Part shown: piece after piece, positions 59,401 through 64,000 of the stretch
Layout of the letters: the number at the start of each line of letters is the position of its first letter
Position numbering within the stretch: position 1 is the stretch's first letter
DNA from: Malacoraja senta
Lineage: Eukaryota
Assembly: GCA_038087875.1 (NCBI GenBank)
Contig: JAXLNO010000674.1
Location: forward strand, 62,001 to 126,000
Reading direction: 5' to 3'
DNA length: 64,000 bases
Made by a program: the position numbers and the translations under genes
Notes under the pieces: model-generated
Told to the model about the DNA's origin: nothing
The model's database searches: none
Seen by the model: the letters and a program-made list of their open reading frames with translations, nothing else

Positions 59401-61114
59401 ATAAACAGAGCTAAGGTAATTTGCTTCCATTCATCCCAGAAACAGATGTAATGTACCCCAGTTTAAGTTGTGTCACATTTGATATGTGCACCTGAGAACC
59501 AGGCCCACCTACCTCCTTGATACCTGGTGGATGTTTGACCATGTTCCCGCTTCGTTTGTAGGGGTACTTTCTTTTTTTGAAACTTGCCGACTGCTTCATC
59601 AAGCCCGCCGTCTTTGCCTCGTCATCCATGTCCTTGACACTCTTGGCGAGGTCCTCTCCGAAGAGTAGGTTGGCCGGCTGTATGTTGCTAGGCTGGAAAA
59701 ATACTGCAATCTTGGAATTAATGGTGGGCCGAATGGCACTTTCGCTGAGACAATTTATCTCAAAAATGGGTGCTACAAAGCAACCCTAGCACCTCTTGCT
59801 GCGTCTCCGACACATGCCCTCCATCCACCGTTCTCGCTAACGCCGTGATTCCTGAGCCAAGTAATTTCAGGATTCTCTGCAGCTTCATCTCCTGGGCTCT
59901 GCACGCCCACGCCCATCTGGCTCCATATCACCCGGTTCACTGCTGGCACCTTCAGCAACTCGCAGTTACCCCGTCTCTTGGTGATTCCAGACTCATACTG
60001 GACAGCGAATCGTACTGCCAGAGATGGGAACTCTGACAACGGCCATCTTTGCTTTCCCAGTGGCATTCCATACTCTGACGGGACAGCGAATCGTACTGCC
60101 AGAGAATGGACCTCTGACAATGGCCATTCTTCGCTATTCAACAAAGTCTCCATCAGAATCGTGTCAGAACTGAGCTGACCCTATCGTGGAGGCCAGCTCT
60201 TCTCCCAGTGGCACTCCATACTCTAACTGGACAGCGAATCGTGCTGCCAGAGAATGGACCTCTGACAACGGCCGTTCTTCGCTATTTTCAAGTCTCAGTC
60301 AGAGTCGGGGTCAGACACTCTGCACTCACCTCATGCATGAGGGTGCTTTAAGCAGCCCTCTACCAGGTGCTGCCGGCGTGGCCTTTCTGCAGCCTACCGC
60401 CCACACGACTCCTCCCCGGAGTGTGCGTTTCTGGAGCAACCTTTGGATGAGGTGCTCCATTTGGGAGAACCATTTAAAAAAACGTCTCCAGCCCCGTACA
60501 GGCTCGTTGTGGCCCGACTCAGTTGAGTCCAATGGCCTCCCAGACTTCCCCGTGCCTTACGCCCGACAGGCGTTGGCTTTGGTGCTTTTTAGCACTCAGT
60601 CTGAAGTCACCCCGCTCCCGGTCAGCGACTGTGCAGGGGTACGAGGCAGCCGCTGACAGACCGCATTCCCGCGGCTCTCCTATGCTTTACCTGCGGCTGC
60701 CCTCCCCCTGGTCGTCTTCGTCATGGTGCTGCCTGTAATAAAAAACACAGAGCACCACAAAATAAACTTTCCCCTCCAGCTAAGCTTCCCACTTAGCTGG
60801 AGCTTTAAAACTATAAAAGTACCTGCTACAGGAGGAGCTCTATCCTACCCTGCTCGTCTTCACCATGGTGCTGCCTGTGACAAGACACAGAGCACAGCAC
60901 CACAGTCAAGGAACTTATTTTACTCCAGCTAAGTTTCTGACAAGTTTCAGACTTAGCTGGAGCTTTAAAACTCTTTAAAAATACCCTAAAAGTACTTACA
61001 TCGGGAGGAGCTCTGTCCTCCCGCTGTCTGTGCGCCAATGAGACCGACGTAATGACGCGCATGCGCCCTGACGGGTCTTCTTCACGTAGTCACAAACGTG
61101 ACTCCGAAGTAAAA
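56417..61114 (-). mobile_element. DIRS1-type retrotransposon (copy 2), both termini present, coding region decayed
   Basis: Inverted repeat 56417-56495/56646-56723; ICR 56724-56755 complementary to 61080-61114; YR remnant LSYSTINTALSALS (57528-57860); MT remnant (58043-58402); ORF1 remnants 59411-60724. Confidence 0.93.
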
Positions 61115-61654
61115 CAGACTTTACTCATGGCCAACAAATACTTCATTTTTCTTGTGATCTCTACAATTACCCACTACAATCATTGCACTCTTACTTGTTT
61201 ATGATTGCACTCACGTATGGTGTATTATGACTGGATAGCATGCAAAACATGGTATTTCACCGTATTTTTGTACACATTACAATAATAAACTAAACTTTAG
61301 GGAGAAGGGAGCAGAATAATGTGGCCTCTATCAGTGGTTGAGTAATATGAACTAAAACATTGGTTTGGACTAATTCTGCCAGTGGCTTGTGGGTCTATTC
61401 CTGCTTCTCCTTTCTTGTGTTCATGTATTTGATGTCTCTTGCTTACTGTGGTCACTGCTGTGAGTTATAACTCCAGTAACATAAGCAAATTAGTTCAGCA
61501 CTATCCGAGCAAAATTAAAAGCATTTTTTTAAATGTAGACTTAAATCTGGTGTAGTGAGGGAGAAACACAGACATCTTTGGGTTGATTGAAATGATTTTG
61601 GTTAAGAGCTGAAAATTAAAATGAATAGAAATTAACATTTTGACATTAGACTTC

Positions 61655-61935
61655 AGAGGTACATCACAGAAGCAGGCCATTCGGCCCACCGAGTCCTCGC
61701 TAACTCCCCGTACAATAATACTATACCACGACAGGTGACAATTTACAATTTTACCAAAGCAAATTAACCTAAAATCCTGTACTTCTTTGAGATGTGGGAG
61801 GTAACTGGAGCACCCAGAGAAAAACAATGCAGTCACGCATGGAGATGCAGGGAGAATGTACAAACATCGTACAGACTGCACCGTTAGTCAGAATCGACCC
61901 GAGTCTCTGCTGCTATAGGCAGCAACTCTACCCTT
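61655..61935 (-). mobile_element. HE1-like V-SINE
   Basis: V-domain and tRNA-like head on the minus strand. Confidence 0.8.
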
Positions 61936-62324
61936 GCAACACTGAGGATATCTTGAATTACAAAAGCAATATGTTGGGCTCATCACCAACCATACAAGCA
62001 CCTGCATTCTTTATATGGTACATTAATATGGAGTTTATTGCATTGAAACAGGCCCACAAGCCTGCCCTGTTCAATACAATCCCTCAGTCATTCCTGATCT
62101 GGTTTGATTAGGATGCAAATAAAAGCTTTTCACTATATTACAATACAAGTGACAATAATAAACCAATACCAATGCTATTGTGTAAGTTCTCCCCATATCT
62201 GATAGATAGATCCTTGATAAATTTGTAGACACCATCGCCGTCTATATCCACCACCATTTGCTGCACAGTTTCAATGTCCAAACTAGCTTCCAATATAACT
62301 TTTTTACCGAATTCCATTTTGAGT

Positions 62325-62545
62325 TGAAAGATACAACATGGAAACAGGCCCTTCAGCCCACCATGCTGACCACCGGTCACCCCTTCACACTAGTTCAATG
62401 TTATCCCACTTTTTGTCAAATCCCCACACACGCTAGGGGAAATTTACAGATGTCAATTAACTGACAAACCCACACACCTGTGGAATGTGGGAGAAAACCA
62501 GAGCACCCGGGAAGAACCCAGGTGGTCACAGGAAGAAGGAACAAA
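62325..62545 (-). mobile_element. HE1-like V-SINE, partial
   Basis: V-domain and CR1-type tail. Confidence 0.75.
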
Positions 62546-62552
62546 ATCTATA

Positions 62553-62660
62553 CAGTAGCTAGACAAAAATGCTGCAGAAACTCAGGGGGAGAGTTTTGGG
62601 TCAAGACCCTTCTTGGAGGGTCTCGACCAGAAACGTCACCTATTCCTTTGCTCCATAGAT
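62553..62660. mobile_element. Fold-back PLE tail pair (continues at 63919-63995 beyond the CR1 insertion)
   Basis: Minus tail, then gggtctcgaccagaaacgtcacctattcc...ctccatagat, resuming as atgctgcctcacccgctgag at 63919. Confidence 0.75.
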
Positions 62661-63918
62661 AGAAACATAGAAATAGAAACATAGAAATTAGGTGCAGGAG
62701 TAGGCCATTCGGCCCTTCGAGCCTGCACCGCCATTCAATATGATCATGGCTGATCATCCAACTCAGTATACCGTACCTGCCTTCTCTCCATACCCTCTGA
62801 TCCCTTTAGCCACAAGGGCCACATCTAACTCCCTCTTAAATATAGCCAATGAACTGGCCTCAACTACCCTCTGTGGCAGAGAGTTCCAGAGATTCACCAC
62901 TCTCTGTGTGAAAAAAGTTCTTCTCATCTCGGTTTTAAAGGATTTCCCCCTTATCCTTAAGCTGTGACCCCTTGTCCTGGTCTTCCCCAACATCGGGAGC
63001 AATCTTCCTGCATCTAACCTGTCCAACCCCTTAAGAATTTTGTAAGTTTCTATAAGATCCCCTCTCAATCTCCTAAATTCTAGAGAGTATAAACCAAGTC
63101 TATCCAGTCTTTCTTCATAAGACAGTCCTGACATCCCAGGAATCAGTCTGGTGAACCTTCTCTGCACTCCCTCTATGGCAATAATGTCCTTCCTCAGATT
63201 TGGAGACCAAAACTGTACGCAATACTCCAGGTGTGGTCTCACCAAGACCCTGTACTACTGCAGTAGAACCTCCCTGCTCCTATACTCAAATCCTTTTGCT
63301 ATGAAAGCTAACATACCATTCGCTTTCTTCACTGCCTGCTGCACCTGCATGCCTACTTTCAATGACTGGTGTACCATGACACCCAGGTCTCGCTGCATCT
63401 CCCCTTTTCCTAGTCGGCCACCATTTAGATAATAGTCTGCTTTCCTGTTTTTGCCACCAAAATGGATAACCTCACATTTATCCACATTATACTGCATCTG
63501 CCAAACATTTGCCCACTCACCCAGCCTATCCAAGTCACCTTGCAGTCTCCTAGCATCCTCCTCACAGCTAACACTGCCCCCCAGCTTAGTGTCATCCGCA
63601 AACTTGGAGATATTGCCTTCAATTCCGTCATCCAGTTCATTAATATATATTGTAAATAGCTGGGGTCCCAGCACTGAGCCTTGCGGTACCCCACTAGTCA
63701 CTGCCTGCCATTGTGAAAAGGACCCGTTTACTCCTACTCTTTGCTTCCTGTTTGCCAGCCAGTTCTCTATCCACATCAATACTGAACCCCCAATGCCATG
63801 TGCTTTAAGTTTGTATACTAATCTCTTATGTGGGACCTTGTCGAAAGCCTTCTGGAAGTCCAGATACACATCCACTGGTTCTCCCCTATCCACGCTACTA
63901 GTTGTCCACGCTACTATC
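62661..63918 (-). mobile_element. Young 5'-truncated CR1 (HER1-like) LINE
   Basis: ORF 63255-63893 YLDFQKAFDKVPH, SGVPQGSVLGPQLF, KFADDTKLG; ORF 62763-63245; (tttctatg)n-type tail at 62661-62690. Confidence 0.96.
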
Positions 63919-64000
63919 CATGCTGCCTCACCCGCTGAGTTTCTCCAGCATTTTTGTCTACCTTCGATTTTTCCAGCATCTGCGGTTCTTTCTTAAAGCA

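Noticed and set aside
59990-60290. Spaced direct repeats superficially like a CRISPR array
   Set aside because: Eukaryotic context, long degenerate units, no unique regular spacers and no cas genes; they lie within DIRS ORF1.

Overview
Eukaryotic, repeat-dominated DNA with no intact multi-exon host gene that I can support. The repeat mix (HE1-like V-SINEs with CR1/HER1-type tails, abundant CR1 LINEs, Penelope-like elements, Rex1/Babar, Tx1) points to a cartilaginous fish, probably a skate or ray; this is inferred from repeat families only. Main structures: (1) two DIRS1-type tyrosine-recombinase retrotransposons on the minus strand (17560-22670 nearly intact; 56417-61114 decayed but with both termini), each with ITR/ICR architecture and apparent spliceosomal introns in the 5' leader; (2) many Penelope-like (PLE) pieces whose terminal repeat carries a minimal hammerhead ribozyme motif (about 16 copies, several arranged as small fold-back units); (3) an 8.9-kb interval (2980-11892) bounded by hAT-type TIRs and a perfect 8-bp TSD, filled with genomic-looking cargo; (4) an 8-kb Harbinger-like element (16981-24972, TSD TCA) inside a four-level nest of insertions; (5) a Tx1 LINE with a 7-bp TSD and an in-frame 43-bp insertion copied from its own flank; (6) a two-copy chimera of a hAT-like end and PLE fragments. 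A possible orphan transmembrane/cytoplasmic-tail exon lies at 31525-31754. Boundaries of decayed repeats were read by eye and are approximate.
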